Made by a program: the position numbers and the translations under genes
In this document: positions 12,349-25,600 of the stretch, piece after piece
Layout: every line of letters starts with the position of its first letter
Numbering within the stretch: the stretch's first letter is position 1
Notes under the pieces: model-generated
What the model saw: only the letters and a program-made list of their open reading frames with translations
Told to the model about the DNA's origin: nothing
Databases searched by the model: none
DNA from: Xylographa opegraphella
Taxonomy: Eukaryota
NCBI GenBank assembly: GCA_022813865.1
Contig: JALDZX010000001.1
Location: forward strand, 372,001-436,000
DNA length: 64,000 bases
Direction: 5' to 3'

Positions 12349-13113
12349 GTTTGATCTGGGACATCAACCATTGATTTCATTGCCGATGGCGCTTTGGTGC
12401 ACAAGAAGTGGGAATATCCTTCGACGTGTAACTTACCGGCCCGATATGTCTCATCAATCCTGAATCGTTCTTGGGGTTGTACTCCCTACTGAACCAGACA
12501 TCATGCTATATACCTCTCTCAATGCCCGTGCCAAAATTAACGATATGGTACGAAGGATTTCGTAGAGAGTACATTGCCCGAAAGTAGCTGCAGAACCACT
12601 GTAGCTGCTTGTGGACAATTTCTAGTTGGTGCCAATTGAGAAGCATGAATATTTCTGTCATATCATGTACATGATGTAAGCCTGTCCAATTCTGGAAGGG
12701 TCTGCACTATTGAGCAAGAGCTGATTGCCGGGTTTCTGTTTGATTTCGTCCTCTCTACGAATCTCTCTCGCGTCTTCCATGTTGTTTAAACGACCATATT
12801 TTTCAATTAACGCACTCGCTCAAGAACTATCGGATCCGTGGACTTCAGCCTCTCTTTTAATCTCAATTATGGATTGTTATTTGCAATCATGTGTTTGGTC
12901 CTCTACTCTGACGGAAGTATAAGTTATAGGCTTGGCCTAGGTCCTAAGTAATAGGACCCACGCTTGAAGTCTGAAAGCAGCATGATTCGGATCCGGCGAG
13001 TATTACCGTGCTTTGTGCTAATCGTCCAGTATGGATGTAGCAAGGGAATCAAGAACTAAGGCTACCACAGCTTGTACACAGCGACTACTCCGAGAAGAAG
13101 TATCAGCGTAAGG

Positions 13114-14667
13114 ATGGATAGACTACCGGTTGAGCTTGTGCTTAACGTTCTCGAATTTCTCGATACGCGATCGCTTCAAAACTTGAGCAAGGTCAGCCAT
13201 TATTTTAAGCAGCTCACTGCCCCATGTTTCGCAAGAGAAGTACATCTTATATATAATAAGTACGATTTCAGAAGGTTTCGGCAAGTTGCAAATGACCCAG
13301 ATAAAGCCGGTGCAGTTCGCTCGATCTACTTCGAGTGTGACAAGCTCCCCTATGTGTTGGACAAGTCTCATTGGTTGGCTTTTGTGTATGGTGAGTACAC
13401 CATGATGCCGGAGCCTACAATGCCTGAACCGGACATATACGGCCACATCAGTATCCTTGACCAAACCAAGTGGTATCGCGACTACCATAACTTTCGTACT
13501 CAGCAGAAGCATGATTATGATTCGACGGCACTCGAGCTTGGGTGGCAGATGTTTTGTATTCTCTTTGACGACCTTAATACATTTGGGCAAGACCTGACAA
13601 CCGAGGGCCCTTACCAAATTGCTGACAATATACTGGTCAAGCTGCCTAATTTACGTGAGCTGATATTCGACTCCTGTAACACTTTCCGTCCCCAATCAGA
13701 GAAATGGATCAAGCACTTCCACGTTGGGTTGACTCAGCGTTCCAGCGTTGGAGTGCAGGTTTTCCAGCAAGCATTAAAATGGCTCGCGCAGATTGGGGCG
13801 CGTTGCAGCGCGCGACCTTCGACGCTGCGGATTGGCCTCGAAATATGGGAGGCCCTGAAAACATGGAAGACAGGCATGAAGAAGAGAGTCGCCCAGTCTT
13901 ACTGGAATGCGGTCTACAGCGCCGTGGAGCACCTCAGGCACCTTGAGTTGCATTGGTGTACCGCGCCGGAGGGAACCTATGACGGGCCTTACGAAGCCAC
14001 CCACACCTGCTACGAATCCCTCCAGGAGAACCCGCGACTTCACGAAATGATCGCCGCGGCCCCGAATCTCGAGCAGCTGACGCTCTCCTTCCGGCCGTAC
14101 TGGCATGCCTACACTTTGGACCGTTCCGTCATCTACGACGACTGCGAGAAACAGATCTACCCGCCGGACCGCACCCGGCAGCGGTACATGGCCCGCCTGG
14201 AAGACTGCTTCCGAAGGGTCAAGTGGAGCCACCTGCGCTCACTCAAGCTGTGGGGCGTGGAGGCCCGCGACAACGCGCAGCTCACCGCCTTCTTCCGCCG
14301 GCACGCCCTCATCCAGCACCTCGACCTCCAAAACATGGGCCTCCGCACGGGCTCCTGGATCACCGTCTTCGAGGCCATCCGCGAACCGGACCGCGTCGCC
14401 ACCTGCATCCTCGCCGGCGAGTTCTACTCCTGCGGCCCGCCGGTGGAGATCTGGGACCTGGAAATGCCGTCCGAGGGCGTCGGCGGCGTCTTCGACGAGA
14501 AGCGCGAGAAGCGGCGCGCGGACTTGCAGGAGTGGGTGTGCAACCGCCCGAGGCGGCCGCGGCCGGCGACGGGGACGACGGTGGAGTGGAGGAGGATCTG
14601 GGGCCTGGATTTGGACGGGGTGGGGTTCCCGTACACGTCGCCGCTGAGGTGGCATCTGAAGCCTTAA
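13114..14667 (+). CDS. F-box domain protein with LRR/RNI-like C-terminal repeats
   Basis: Uninterrupted ~517-aa frame; N-terminal MDRLPVELVLNVLEFLDTRSLQNLSKVSHYF fits the F-box pattern; LxxLxL repeats (LPNLRELIF, LRHLEL, PNLEQLTL, HLRSLKLWGV). Confidence 0.8.
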   Translation: MDRLPVELVLNVLEFLDTRSLQNLSKVSHYFKQLTAPCFAREVHLIYNKYDFRRFRQVANDPDKAGAVRSIYFECDKLPYVLDKSHWLAFVYGEYTMMPEPTMPEPDIYGHISILDQTKWYRDYHNFRTQQKHDYDSTALELGWQMFCILFDDLNTFGQDLTTEGPYQIADNILVKLPNLRELIFDSCNTFRPQSEKWIKHFHVGLTQRSSVGVQVFQQALKWLAQIGARCSARPSTLRIGLEIWEALKTWKTGMKKRVAQSYWNAVYSAVEHLRHLELHWCTAPEGTYDGPYEATHTCYESLQENPRLHEMIAAAPNLEQLTLSFRPYWHAYTLDRSVIYDDCEKQIYPPDRTRQRYMARLEDCFRRVKWSHLRSLKLWGVEARDNAQLTAFFRRHALIQHLDLQNMGLRTGSWITVFEAIREPDRVATCILAGEFYSCGPPVEIWDLEMPSEGVGGVFDEKREKRRADLQEWVCNRPRRPRPATGTTVEWRRIWGLDLDGVGFPYTSPLRWHLKP

Positions 14668-15667
14668 AAGGGGGTGGGAAATATGCCTGCTCGGATTGGG
14701 TGTAGCAAAGCCAGCTGTGGCTGAGCGGTTACGGTGGTATGCCGTCGTGATGGAGGCCTGTATTGTAGGCGCGGTGGCTTCTCAGGATCAAGGCATTGGA
14801 AATCTGTTGGTCTCTGGACAATTCATACATGCCCTGCGCCGCGGCTATACTTGCTCGTGACGAGAAAAGCGACAAATCATAAAAGGCCAGAGGGGGCATG
14901 TCTGAGCACGGTTCCATGCATGAGGCATCATCCCAGGATCCGCGAGGCCGGGAAGAGAAACATGGGCGATTCGAACGCCCGAGGCATCCATTCACCAGTC
15001 CTGTATCAAAAACGCGCATAGGGTGGTGGGGATTCTTCGCATGTAGGGCGCGAGTGAGGCGAACCGGGGTGCAGGGGATACGGCGAAGTGACTTATCACC
15101 AGCACTCTGTACGCCTGTGTGTCATAAGTCTTGGATTTAAAGAAACCAGACCGCTATCGCGCACCAGTCGCTCCTATGCTATCGTTATGTGGAGTGGAAA
15201 ATTACAAGGAAGTCATGGGTATCTAAGAAATCCGCAGCCCAACCAGCCAAATCCTCAGCCCTAGTTTCCCAAAAATGACCAACACCATACTTTCATAACT
15301 CGTAAAAAAAGCACATATCGCGCGGACAAATCAGAATGAAAAACCCGCATTGCGAGTGTGATCCCGCTATTAGGCGTCGTTCGGGAGCGGGTCAGGCACC
15401 CATACAAACGCACAGATGGTTGTCGCCACCAGTGGAGACACAGCCCCGCGCACTGCCCTGTCTCCAGCCCCTTTTCATATGTCCACTCCCGGCTTGTGAA
15501 TATGACTCATTTTCTGAGGTGAAAACTCCTCGGAAGTTCTCCTTTCTTCGGATCGTACTACTGTCCTGTCGTGTGTCTTGATTTCTCTGTTCGTCTGGTA
15601 CTCTGCCTTTCAATGCTTCATGTCGTAGCCTATTCAACTCATTGCTTGCAAGGTGCGAATATCATTT

Positions 15668-16513
15668 CTATCCTCTCCGCTCTCGTCGTTCGCGTGGTCC
15701 GCGCGAAGAATTGGTCACGGTGACAGCTGTGGTGTTTGAAGCGGAGACCCTGTCGGGCGACGAAGGAGGCGATGGATACGAGGATGCGCCGGAGCGGCCA
15801 TGGCTTCCTCCCATCAGGTCCTTGTACTCTGCAGCTTCTATGATATGCTTGTTCCACAGGAAGGTGTAAAAAGCGAAGTCTGGCCGTGCATGTGCGAGTT
15901 TGTGTCCCAGTTTATGATGTAAAGCGGTGTGTTCCATTTTGTCCCGCCAGCTGCGCATGCCATCACTTCTCGCGAATTCTACATCGCAGAAACAACACTT
16001 GTTCTTCTCTGGAGGAGCGTTTTTCTTGAAGTGCGTCAAGCTGTGGTTGAACGAGTCGGAGAGGCACGTGAAGGTCATCAGGCAGTAAAGGAAGTTGAAG
16101 GGGCACTCGAACACGACTTGGTGGCGCAGAGGGGCTGGGTGGAGCGCACCCTCGTGATCGTGCTCGAGGACTCGAGCCTTCCCAAGATACCGCTCGCCGA
16201 GCGACGATGATACGGATGGAGTGGTCGAGGCGCTTGATGCCGTCGTGAGAGCCGCCAAGCTGCTGTTGCCGGACAGCAACATCGAGGTGCCGGCAGCAGG
16301 CCGATGGATGCTAACATTGGCCCCTGCCCGGCCTGAAGGAGTGTGTGAGAACGTCGACTGGCTGGCTAGCTGCCGGGGTAAGTGTGAGTCCTCGGTGTTC
16401 TCCAAGTACGTGATAATCGGAGAACCCTGCGGTCCGCCACGTGGGAAGCGGGACACTACGACTATTAACATCGGACAGATGGAGAGTGAATCCTCAAGAG
16501 ACGACGACTCACT
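15668..16513 (-). CDS. Hypothetical protein with C2H2-like zinc-binding motifs; probable intron 16456-16512 splitting the ATG
   Basis: ECPFNFLYC-x12-HSLTHF and CCFCD-x16-HTALHH motifs, ARPDFAFYTFLW; ORF 15668-16471. Confidence 0.72.
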   Translation of the reverse strand, partial: SESSSLEDSLSICPMLIVVVSRFPRGGPQGSPIITYLENTEDSHLPRQLASQSTFSHTPSGRAGANVSIHRPAAGTSMLLSGNSSLAALTTASSASTTPSVSSSLGERYLGKARVLEHDHEGALHPAPLRHQVVFECPFNFLYCLMTFTCLSDSFNHSLTHFKKNAPPEKNKCCFCDVEFARSDGMRSWRDKMEHTALHHKLGHKLAHARPDFAFYTFLWNKHIIEAAEYKDLMGGSHGRSGASSYPSPPSSPDRVSASNTTAVTVTNSSRGPRERRERRG

Positions 16514-17521
16514 GCTTATTGCTGTCCTAAATTGGATTGCTTAGGAGCTCTTGGGACTTCCTGGCCGAGTATCGATTCCCCTCCAATGAGGTCTAGAAGC
16601 TCTTACTGTGCTATTGGCTCAGACGTCCAGGACTGCGAGGTATCGGTCATGAAAATCGAAACGAGAGGATTGGCCCAGTCAATGAGCCTTGTTATGGATT
16701 ACATGTATTGTGTTTGTTGTGGGATATGGGAATCATGTTCTGCTTGTATCTTCACTATTGAGCCGCTTGAAACTTGCACGCGCCATGGATGAGGGGCATT
16801 CACTCCAATAGCCCATCTCAGCGGCAACGAACACTGGTCGTTCACCACAGCAATTGAATCCATTCTGAGCTACTTTTCAATCTCCAAGTACATCAGAAAT
16901 GCTTGGACAGCCCTGTGTATTAGAAATATAGAGTTTCGAGCAATTGTAGTGCCGTGAACAGTGCTGCCTGCGGCTGAAGGCTACCGCTGCTAGGAGTACG
17001 GCTAATGCGCTAGATGTATCTAAGCCCAGCAAGTAGACGAGTTGCCCATAAGTGTCCGGCACAAAATGATATAGAGGACCATTGAATGAATTAACGTGGT
17101 CTCTTATCTAAGTTCTGGTGACCAATATCGTCTACAAAACAAGTCGTGGCGCTAGTTCAGTCACTCCCAAATACAGCTTTCACACAGAATTCTCCACATG
17201 CGGGAAGGATGAAAACTGGTACAGTGAGAGACAACTTGTTGATGCTCGGTCGTATATAGCCAGGATTGGTCCTACTGAGATCTCGGCTGCGATTGTCCTA
17301 CGAAGTAGATTCAGCGATACTACACCATTGATTTTTGCATTATAACCCAGCGCATTGTAACATATACGATGTGGAGGATGGCCGTACATGTTTCAGATCC
17401 ACAATAGACATGAAAACCCTCACAGAGCTTGTCAATCAATCTTTGGAATCGAGGGGCCAAGGTCGTGACGATAGCCAGAAATCCTGACACATAGCGGACC
17501 TCTCCCTGTCTACTATAGTCA

Positions 17522-18904
17522 CTAAATAATGAAGCATTCAGTCAGGAGTTTTCCCAATGCTTTTCTCCGTTCGAGCTTCGGTATTCGCTCGCGGCGGCAC
17601 TTCTGGGGCCCATACACCAAGAGCCAACGCCCGACCAACTCGCCCAAATGTGATCCATCAGGTGCTGGGCGTTCCATGTATATCAAGCTGTTCGACCTAG
17701 CATTGAAAAATTGACAGCGAAGATCAGCACGTTCCAAGTCGAGGATTTCAGGGATCTGTTCGAAAACGGAGGGCCAGGAGCCAGGGGAGTCGGTGAGACA
17801 AAGATTCTGCATCGAAGGGTGCTTCAATGTCGCAGCATGGCGCTGGAAAAGGTCCAACAAATCCCGCTCGTTGATTTCGATACCTCCCAAACCCAGCCGT
17901 TGGAGATGACCCCATGTATGGTTACCGAAAATATTATCCAAGTTGAAGCTATGATGGACATCAAACGCGTTTTCGTGCTGGAACAAGAGCTCTATAAACT
18001 CCAGGTTCGGCGAAGCGGTAATAAAATCTCGGACCAACGTCTGGTCACGGTCCTGGAACCGCATCATGGATGTAGCTTCCGGTCTTTTGTAGTCAAAAAA
18101 GCCAATTTCCATTCGAAATTCACGCAAGTGGCGACGAGAACGTACGGTTTGGGAGGGGCAGTTCCTACCAATATCGAAAAATGTCCAACTTATCGGCCCA
18201 GCCCAGAGAGAGCGCAGCTCTATGCTGGAAGCAAAAGCACAGAGTATTAACTTCTCGAAAGATTCTTCAGCAGGTGACGCAGCGTACATAACTCCCGCTT
18301 CTCGGCGGACAAAACATTTTTCGTATGGAGCGCGGATGGTGAACAAATTTGAGTCATCGTAATAATGCCGGCTATGCACGCGGATCATCGACAATCGCGG
18401 AAATCTAGCGATGGCAGATTCGAGGACTTCGGATTCAGTATTAATGTTCTGGAGCGCTGCTTGTTGCGCAGCTTCACGTAGTTGTTCCAGCCTTTTTTAA
18501 CAATCTTGGATGTTGTGAGACATGGCATCCCCATACCTCGTTCCCATTCTCTTCTGTAAGCTCTGGAAGCACGTTCATCGATTGCAGGCGGCCGCGGCCG
18601 GGGTAAGCCGAGATTTGCGTCGGTCGGTATACGTGCTCTGCTTTTGTAATTTTTGAAATCCGCTATTTTAGGTAGACGACCGCGTTGGTACGAGCGTCTC
18701 GACGTGCTGACTGATTACGGGATGTTCGGAAATGGCTTTTAACCGAGCAAGGCTCTCTGGCAAGAACGTGACTGGTACCGTTGGAGGCATGTAGTGCGTA
18801 CCAATCGCTGCGCAACATGTAGCCAGAAGTCGAAAACTCAGCACAGCTTCCACGCCGAGATGGGCGCAGATAATATGCAGTACCTCCAATAGTAGGCGAT
18901 CCAT
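17522..18904 (-). pseudogene. Frameshifted F-box/LRR-like gene, paralogous to 13114-14667
   Basis: F-box-like start MDRLLLEVLHIICAHL...LSFRL stops at 18668; the protein-like frame shifts about three times between ~18690 and ~18440 with no clear splice signals; C-terminal ORF 17522-18394 shares WGHLQRLGLGGIE..LFQRHA..GSWPSVFEQI with WSHLRSLKLWGVE..FFRRHA..GSWITVFEAI. Confidence 0.7.
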
Positions 18905-20945
18905 TGTGGCCTGTCACAATGCTGTCGGACATTGGCATGTTAGTCATGCGAGAATTAGAGGACAGCGGAGATGCACCGTACCTTCGAAGGAACAAGTGGT
19001 AATGTATAGCCGTGATTGACATTGGGACCAAGCTCTAATTCGAGGTTGGGAAGCTCGAATGTGGACCAAGCGCGAAAGCACGTGAATGCGCGATATAGAT
19101 AGCGCTAGTGTACTTTACAGACTATGAGGGTTCAACACGATCTACAGATATGCGCTCAGACAAATCAGACAAAGAATTTTGTCGTTGTCTGTTACGCGGA
19201 CACGAGATGCACTCACACCTGATGATATGAGTGGGTGGAGATGGTTTACTGCTGGACGCAACTCGTATACGAGTCTGATCATCTGAACAATTCAAAATAA
19301 TTCCTCTCCACGTTCTATACTCAGGCTAGCTTTACCCGACGCACCACCCAGTGAGAGCGCTGAATCGTCGAGTGGTGCGTCCGGTAAAACAACCCTGAGT
19401 ACATGTCTGTTTGGTCTCGCATCCCTCTGCGTCTCTCTTCCTCGATCTGATTGCTTTACAAAAGACTCTCCAGTCCCTATGGACACACTCCATCCGCTCT
19501 ACGCACCAACAAAACTAGCTCAGCTCCTCTCCTAACCTTCCCCTTCCCCTTCCCCTCACACTCAATGATGCCACAAGCCGAAAACAAGTCGCCCGCTCCC
19601 CCAACTCGGCTGCAGCAGCGGGGGCGTCGAGATAAAGTACCACCCACACATATGGTCCACGTGGATACTGTCGCGGTCGATCTGGCCGGTGTCCAACTGC
19701 TCGCCCGGCAGCAGAGTGCGGTTCCCGCGGAAGCTTTACAAAGGGTCCGCTGGGACGCTGGGCGAGTAGACGGTGTTCCGCGCGAACTCACTCGCCCGTG
19801 CAATCCGCGTTCCTGTAGGTGGTCAGCGTGAGGCGGAGGGTGTGTTCTGGTGGATTCTCGCGGGGTGTAAGGATTGTGGTGTTTAGGGGGGCGGAGAGGG
19901 CGGTTGGTGGCGAGGAGGGGGAGGAGGAGCGGGGTGAAGGTATTTCTTAGACGGTCGTCCATTACACACTTCCCCATCCGACTATATGCTACATCCACAC
20001 TCTCAAAGCGCTCCACCAACGCCAACTCGACAACGTACACAGTACCACAACCCATACCCACCAAGCAAACCAAACAACCGCTCTCTGTCCATTCCCATTC
20101 CCATTCCCACAAAGCCACCACCTTCTATTTCAGTTGCTCCCCTCCCCCCCAACCTACCCCAACATCCCAGCCACACCCCCAATTCTCTTCCCATCCAAGG
20201 GCCAGCACGACCCCTACCCGAAACCACACCGTCCAAACATCCTTCGAAAAGCGCCCTCGCACGAATCCACTTCCCGGATACAAACCACACGAAGCGCCGC
20301 CCTATTCCCCTCCCTAAAACCCCCCCCCCCGATCAAAACACCCTCCCCACACAGCCCCATCATGAAAACGCGCTCGAAAACGCAAACCCTAGCTTACCTA
20401 CCTAGGTACCCAGGCTAGGTATCGAAATCCGTCTGGAACCAAGCGCGGAAACCTATTTCGAGGCTTGCGCTACGTACCTTACCGTATCCAGACTAAGGTA
20501 CCGTACCATGAGGTAAGTACGGAGGTAGCGCGGGCGGCCGGAGCGAGGAGATGCCCCGAGGGAGACTAGCGGCGTGAGGCGGATGGGGCTGGATGAGGGT
20601 GAGGATCAGGTTTTGGATCAGGATGAGGATGAGGGAGCTTGGGGGAGATGCGAGATGGGAGATATGAAAAGGGAGTGAGAAGACACGATACTAGGCAGGT
20701 AGGCTAGTGGCTGGAAAACGCCACGAAGGATGAAACGAAAAAAGCAACGAACGAAAGCGTCCCTCGATTATAAAGCTCCTCACATCCATTGTAAATAACG
20801 AATGAGAAGAGTAAAAGTGAAGCAATAAGGTAGACCAGTCAAATTAATACTCATAATTCAACTAATCTACACTCGTCAAAAAGCTTCGCTACCTCATACC
20901 ACCCACCCCCAAAAACAATACCGCTCGTGAAAAGATGCTGCGGCC

Positions 20946-22647
20946 CTAAGCGACGGCGCCCTTGCGCTCCACGTCCTCGACGTTCTCCGACGCCAGGTGG
21001 TTCTTGCCAGCGAGACCCATCTCGGACGCAAAGGTGGTGTGCGGGACCCACTTGCTGGAGCTGCGGGCGTTGGTCTCCTCGAGCATGCGGTCGACCTGCT
21101 CGAGCGAGAGGCCCTTGGTCTCCGGCACGAGGATGTAGGCGTAGACGAAGCAGACGGCGCAGAGGGAGCCCCAGACGAAGAAGACCTTCGGGCCGAGGTT
21201 GCCCTGGTCGACGCCGACCATGTAGGGTGTGATGACGGTGATGATCTAGATTGGCTAGTCAGCGAGGCAATTGGGAGACACAGACTTGAAAAGTATGACT
21301 TACGCAGTTCCACAGCCAATTCGAGGCGGTGGAGAGAGCCACGCCGCGGGAACGGATGGGAAGGGGGAAGATCTCGCCGATCAGCACCCATGCGCCGGGG
21401 CCCCATGTGGAGGCGAAGAAGAAGATGTAGATGCAGATGAAGGCGATCATCACATCGACGGCGGCACCGGCGGTGGCGCCCGTGGCGGTACCGACGATGG
21501 CGACGATAAACTGGCAGACAACCATACCCGCGGCGCCGCCGATGAGCAGAGGACGACGGCCGAAGCGCTCGATCGTCCAGAAAGAAATGGGCGTGGAGCA
21601 CACGTTGACGAGGGTGGTGATGAGGGAGATGAGGAAGGGGTTCTGGATGGTGCCGAGCTCCTGGAAGAAGGTGGTGCCGAAGTAGAAGACGAAGTTGACA
21701 CCGGTCCACTGCTGCATCATCTGCAGTGATGTGCCGAGGATGGTACGGCGCAAGTTGCTGCTGGGCCTGGTCAAGCCTCCCTTGAAGCAGTTGGCCCATG
21801 AGCTGAAGTAGCTATCCTGGGGGATAACCTGCATTTCGTATTCGTGGTTGGCAACAATCTCTGCGACTTCGTCTTGGACAAACTCCGAGTCCCGCGGCTG
21901 TCCACGAAGCCTCGCCAATACATCGACAGCTTTGTCGACTTTGCCCTTCTTGACGAAGTAGCGCGGAGATTCGGGGAGAACGAACAAACCGATTCCGAGA
22001 ATCAAGGCCCAGAGCAGCTGGATGGCGATGGGAATCCGGTACGATCCGGTGTCGGTACGGTCCTGAGTGCCGTAATCGACGCACGACGCGAGGAGGAGAC
22101 CGATGGTGATGCAAAATTGGTATCCAGACACGATCGCGCCACGGACCTTCTTCGGGGCAATCTCAGACATGTAAAGAACGATTATCGCCGACACGAATCC
22201 CACCCCGAAACCAGCGATCAGACGACCAGCGACCAAGAGACCAAGCCCATGCGAGGCAGTCTGGAGGATGACCCCGATCATGAAGACAATACATCCGAGG
22301 ATGATGGTTGTTCGGCGACCAAAGAAATCCGCCAGGTCGCCGGCGATGAGGGCCCCGAAGAAGGTGCCCGCCGAAAGGACGGATGTGATGAGGGATTTGT
22401 CGGAAGAGCTCAGCGTGAAGTTGGTCACTTCGGCCGCGCTGGCGTTCGGTCCTGGGATAGGGATGCCGGTGATGAGGTTGACGAAGTAGGGCATGCCCAG
22501 CACACCGCTGATGTAGCCAGAGTCGAAACCGAAGAAGATACCGCCAAAGGCCGCGAAAGCACACATCATGTATGCCTTGAAGGTCACTGGGGCTTCGATC
22601 CGATTGACATCGGTCGCGCCCACGAGGGCGACGGGGCCCCCAGGCAT
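20946..22647 (-). CDS. MFS sugar porter (high-affinity hexose transporter type); intron 21246-21303
   Basis: AFGGIFFGFDSG, DFFGRR, GRLIAGFGVG, SEIAPKKVRG, PESPR, QQWTGVNFVFYFG, ERFGRR, PETKGLSLEQVD sugar-porter signatures; ATG at 22647 (MPGGP). Confidence 0.95.
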
Positions 22648-25600
22648 GTTGATAGAATGGAGCAAAGAAGTCGAGAGTTGGAGGATGAGCTGTTGTTGGA
22701 ATGGATTGGTAGAAACAACTGTGCTGTGATGGAGGAGAGGGAGGAAGATAGCAAGAGGAGATGTCAACAAAGGTCTTTGAGAAGGGGGGGGGGGGGGTTG
22801 CTTCCGATCTTATACACGCATCGGAATACCGCTGTTGCTCGAGCACACCAAGAACGGTCAGCTCGTGGTGCAACACAAATCGTCGGCTGGGAAAGCGTGA
22901 CTGTGGGCCATTTAAAAGCTCCGGCCAATCAGACGCATGCAGCTGCAAACGCACAACCTCGGATCGGATTAGCTTGGCAGGGCTTTTCATGAATGATCGC
23001 TGGCAGCGCGCTCTAGCCGGCGCACTACTTGCTCCGGTGATCCCTGGAACGCGCTAGATCCAGCTAGCCCGCCGAGGTGCGGGGTAGGTGCAGGCCCGAA
23101 AACCCTGTGAATCATGCGACATGACGCCGGCGACGCCAAGGTTTTCCACCCCGGCTAACCCGGCCATCCCCCGCCACCCTCGCCCGGCCCTTCTCTCCGC
23201 TCGTCAGCAGTTACGGATTGCCTGGACGAGAGCAGGATGTACCGATCTCTAAAGGGTGGAGTCCCGCCTGCAGGCACGGCACGTGTAAGTAGGTAGGATA
23301 TGCTCCCAATGGGAACAATGACAGCACGCAGGGACGAACGGAGGGCCGATGACGGAGAATCGGCACGTTGCAGCACCCGCAAGTGGGATGGCAGTACGGA
23401 GTACAAGCTGTCGTTTGCTGATGCTGACTGTGGATGGGAGCAAACCTGGTCTGACCAAGCACGAGACGCACCTGACTCCTGTCTTTGTGGTGTGATGATG
23501 CTGATTCGATTCGACCAACGGGATGCCGGGATCTGACTTGTCAGCTTGTGGCGTTCTGTTACGAAGTACTATGGTACGTTGAATTGCGCCTTGGCCTCCG
23601 TTGCTTGTCGTGTGCTCCCTCCAGCTTTTCCGACTTCCCCGGCGACGCCCATCTCGTCGTCTCATCCTCACCCCATCCATGGCACTTCCCCGCCTCAACC
23701 CAAAGCCTCTAAACATTCATTGTCCGCCTCTTTCCAGGCCACCATTCGTGATGACACTCACCTCAGCTCGTCCGTGACCATTGTCTGGGACGTCCTGCAC
23801 TTTATCTTGCTGGAAGCGTATCAATAGCGACGGTTTCGGAACGGGCTTCCAGTACGACTGTGCAGGGTATTTCGCACTCCAACGTTACTCTACAAAGGAC
23901 TGAGTCTCCCTCGACCTCCATCGACTACCAGTCGGTCAAAGCATCCCCAAAGTCGGGAATCTCCTCAGACGTTCCGAGCTAACGTCCGGGCGGGCCGGTT
24001 TAGCGGCCACTCTTTAATTACGCCACTGTGGTCATCGATGTCCATGCCGCGTATGCTCCACACGCCGGAAACGCCGTCGAGATCAATAACGACGAGGGTG
24101 TCAAAGATGCCACAAAAGACTGGCAAGCTCTAGGCAATGCAAGATATCAAAAGAGCAGAATATGGAAGTCTACATGGTGTATGCTGAGAGTTCAGTCAGG
24201 ACGTGAGAACCGTCGGGCGGAGATCTCCACATGGCAACTCCTGGAGTACAGTACTGTGCAGGTGGACCGGCTGTTGAACAAGGATCCACCTCAACGAATC
24301 AGCTTGACGGCCATGCCGTGGCGATCAAACAAAGGTACGGCTGTCCTTCACATGGCATTGCTCAGTCCGATGTCCAAGGAAGTCGGGAAGTCATCAAACC
24401 TGATCAACTGCGATCATGCCTGTTGGTGCTACCACCCTTCCGGAGTCCAGCCTCACCGCCCGTAGCGCGTCACGACGTTGTCATCGATTCTGGAAGAAGC
24501 GGGGCAAGGAAAGTACGTTGAAGGAGCACAACGCCAAGAAAGTGGATATCGTTCCCGATTATGACTCCAGAGGGTTGACACGACTTGAGCTCATCGTCTG
24601 CCATTTCCTCTCGAGCACCAACCGATACTATAGCTCGCTCATCCAGAGTAGCAGTATGCGTGCACGGATTTCCTATCCACGGCACTCTCAGCACGCTTTA
24701 GAGATTTAGAAGATTAGAACTGGTGTGCGGAGCACCTACTAATACTACTACTTACCGACCGCCAGATCGCCATCCTGATGACGCGGACCCGTTTTCCGGG
24801 TCTGTAGCACAATGCAACGCGCATCTACGGGTTCTGACTGGGCCCCGATCTGCAAGCGCTGGGTTGAAAGTAGATTTTCTCAGATGGGTGCTCTATGCAA
24901 GGCAGATCTAGACGATTCTAGCCGAAGTGAGCACCACACAGCCATCCCTTAAGGACGAGGGATGCATCCAAGGTACTGGGTGGAGAAAATGGGGTGGAGC
25001 TTCTGGTGGGGTTGGGGGGACGCATTCTAGAGACACTTCGTAGTTGATATCAACTGCGGCAACGAACGAAGAAGAAAAAATCTCTGCGGATGGCAATGCA
25101 TGAACTACCGTTATGACTAATGATGGGGGCTCTGGCCAGTCAGTGGTCGTCGTCATCACCGGTGGACGTTGTTGAGGCAGTGCTTTGGAAGTCCCTCAGT
25201 AGATTGTTGGGTCGAATTGGGCTCTGCGTATTGTCGATATTTCCGGTCCTCTGCGAATGACAACGATGAGAAACTGGTTCTCGTGCATAGTGAAGAGGGA
25301 GATCAGCACAATTTTTTGTGCCTGCGCCACACGCATGAGTGGCTGAGGACGCGGAAGAAATTCTCGTTGGTGGTAGTCTACTCCGTACAGGCCAATAGTA
25401 GGTCTCCATGGCTTCATGGCGACAGCAATCATTCGACCTCTATCAGCGGTACCGATAATACTGGTTGTAATATCCTCCTCGTTCGTTTCAACTTTATACC
25501 ATTCCCTATCGCATTGCTTGATAGACGCGTGGCGACCACTGGTTATAAAGTCTGCTTTTTATGCTACAGTGTTTATCTTTGGTGGCCAGTAGTTGGAACG

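Noticed and set aside
14105..14705. Several 130-180 aa Arg/Pro/Gly-rich ORFs over the 3' end of the F-box gene (similar sets over MSF1, MGE1 and ARMH3-like)
   Set aside because: Stop-codon depletion inside GC-rich islands; translations are low-complexity noise
19451..20418. ORFs 19477-20121 (-), 19451-19831 (+) and 19874-20317 (+)
   Set aside because: They lie in strongly skewed C-rich/G-rich sequence, with no recognisable domain or consistent gene structure
20894..22992. Long overlapping ORFs (21844-22992 +, 20894-21799 -, 22163-22990 -) over the sugar transporter
   Set aside because: Antisense and alternate-frame shadows expected from high third-position GC; no motifs of their own
22900..23270. 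SYGGRG (CreA-like) hexamers upstream of the hexose transporter
   Set aside because: A degenerate hexamer is expected often by chance at this GC content; plausible but unsupported
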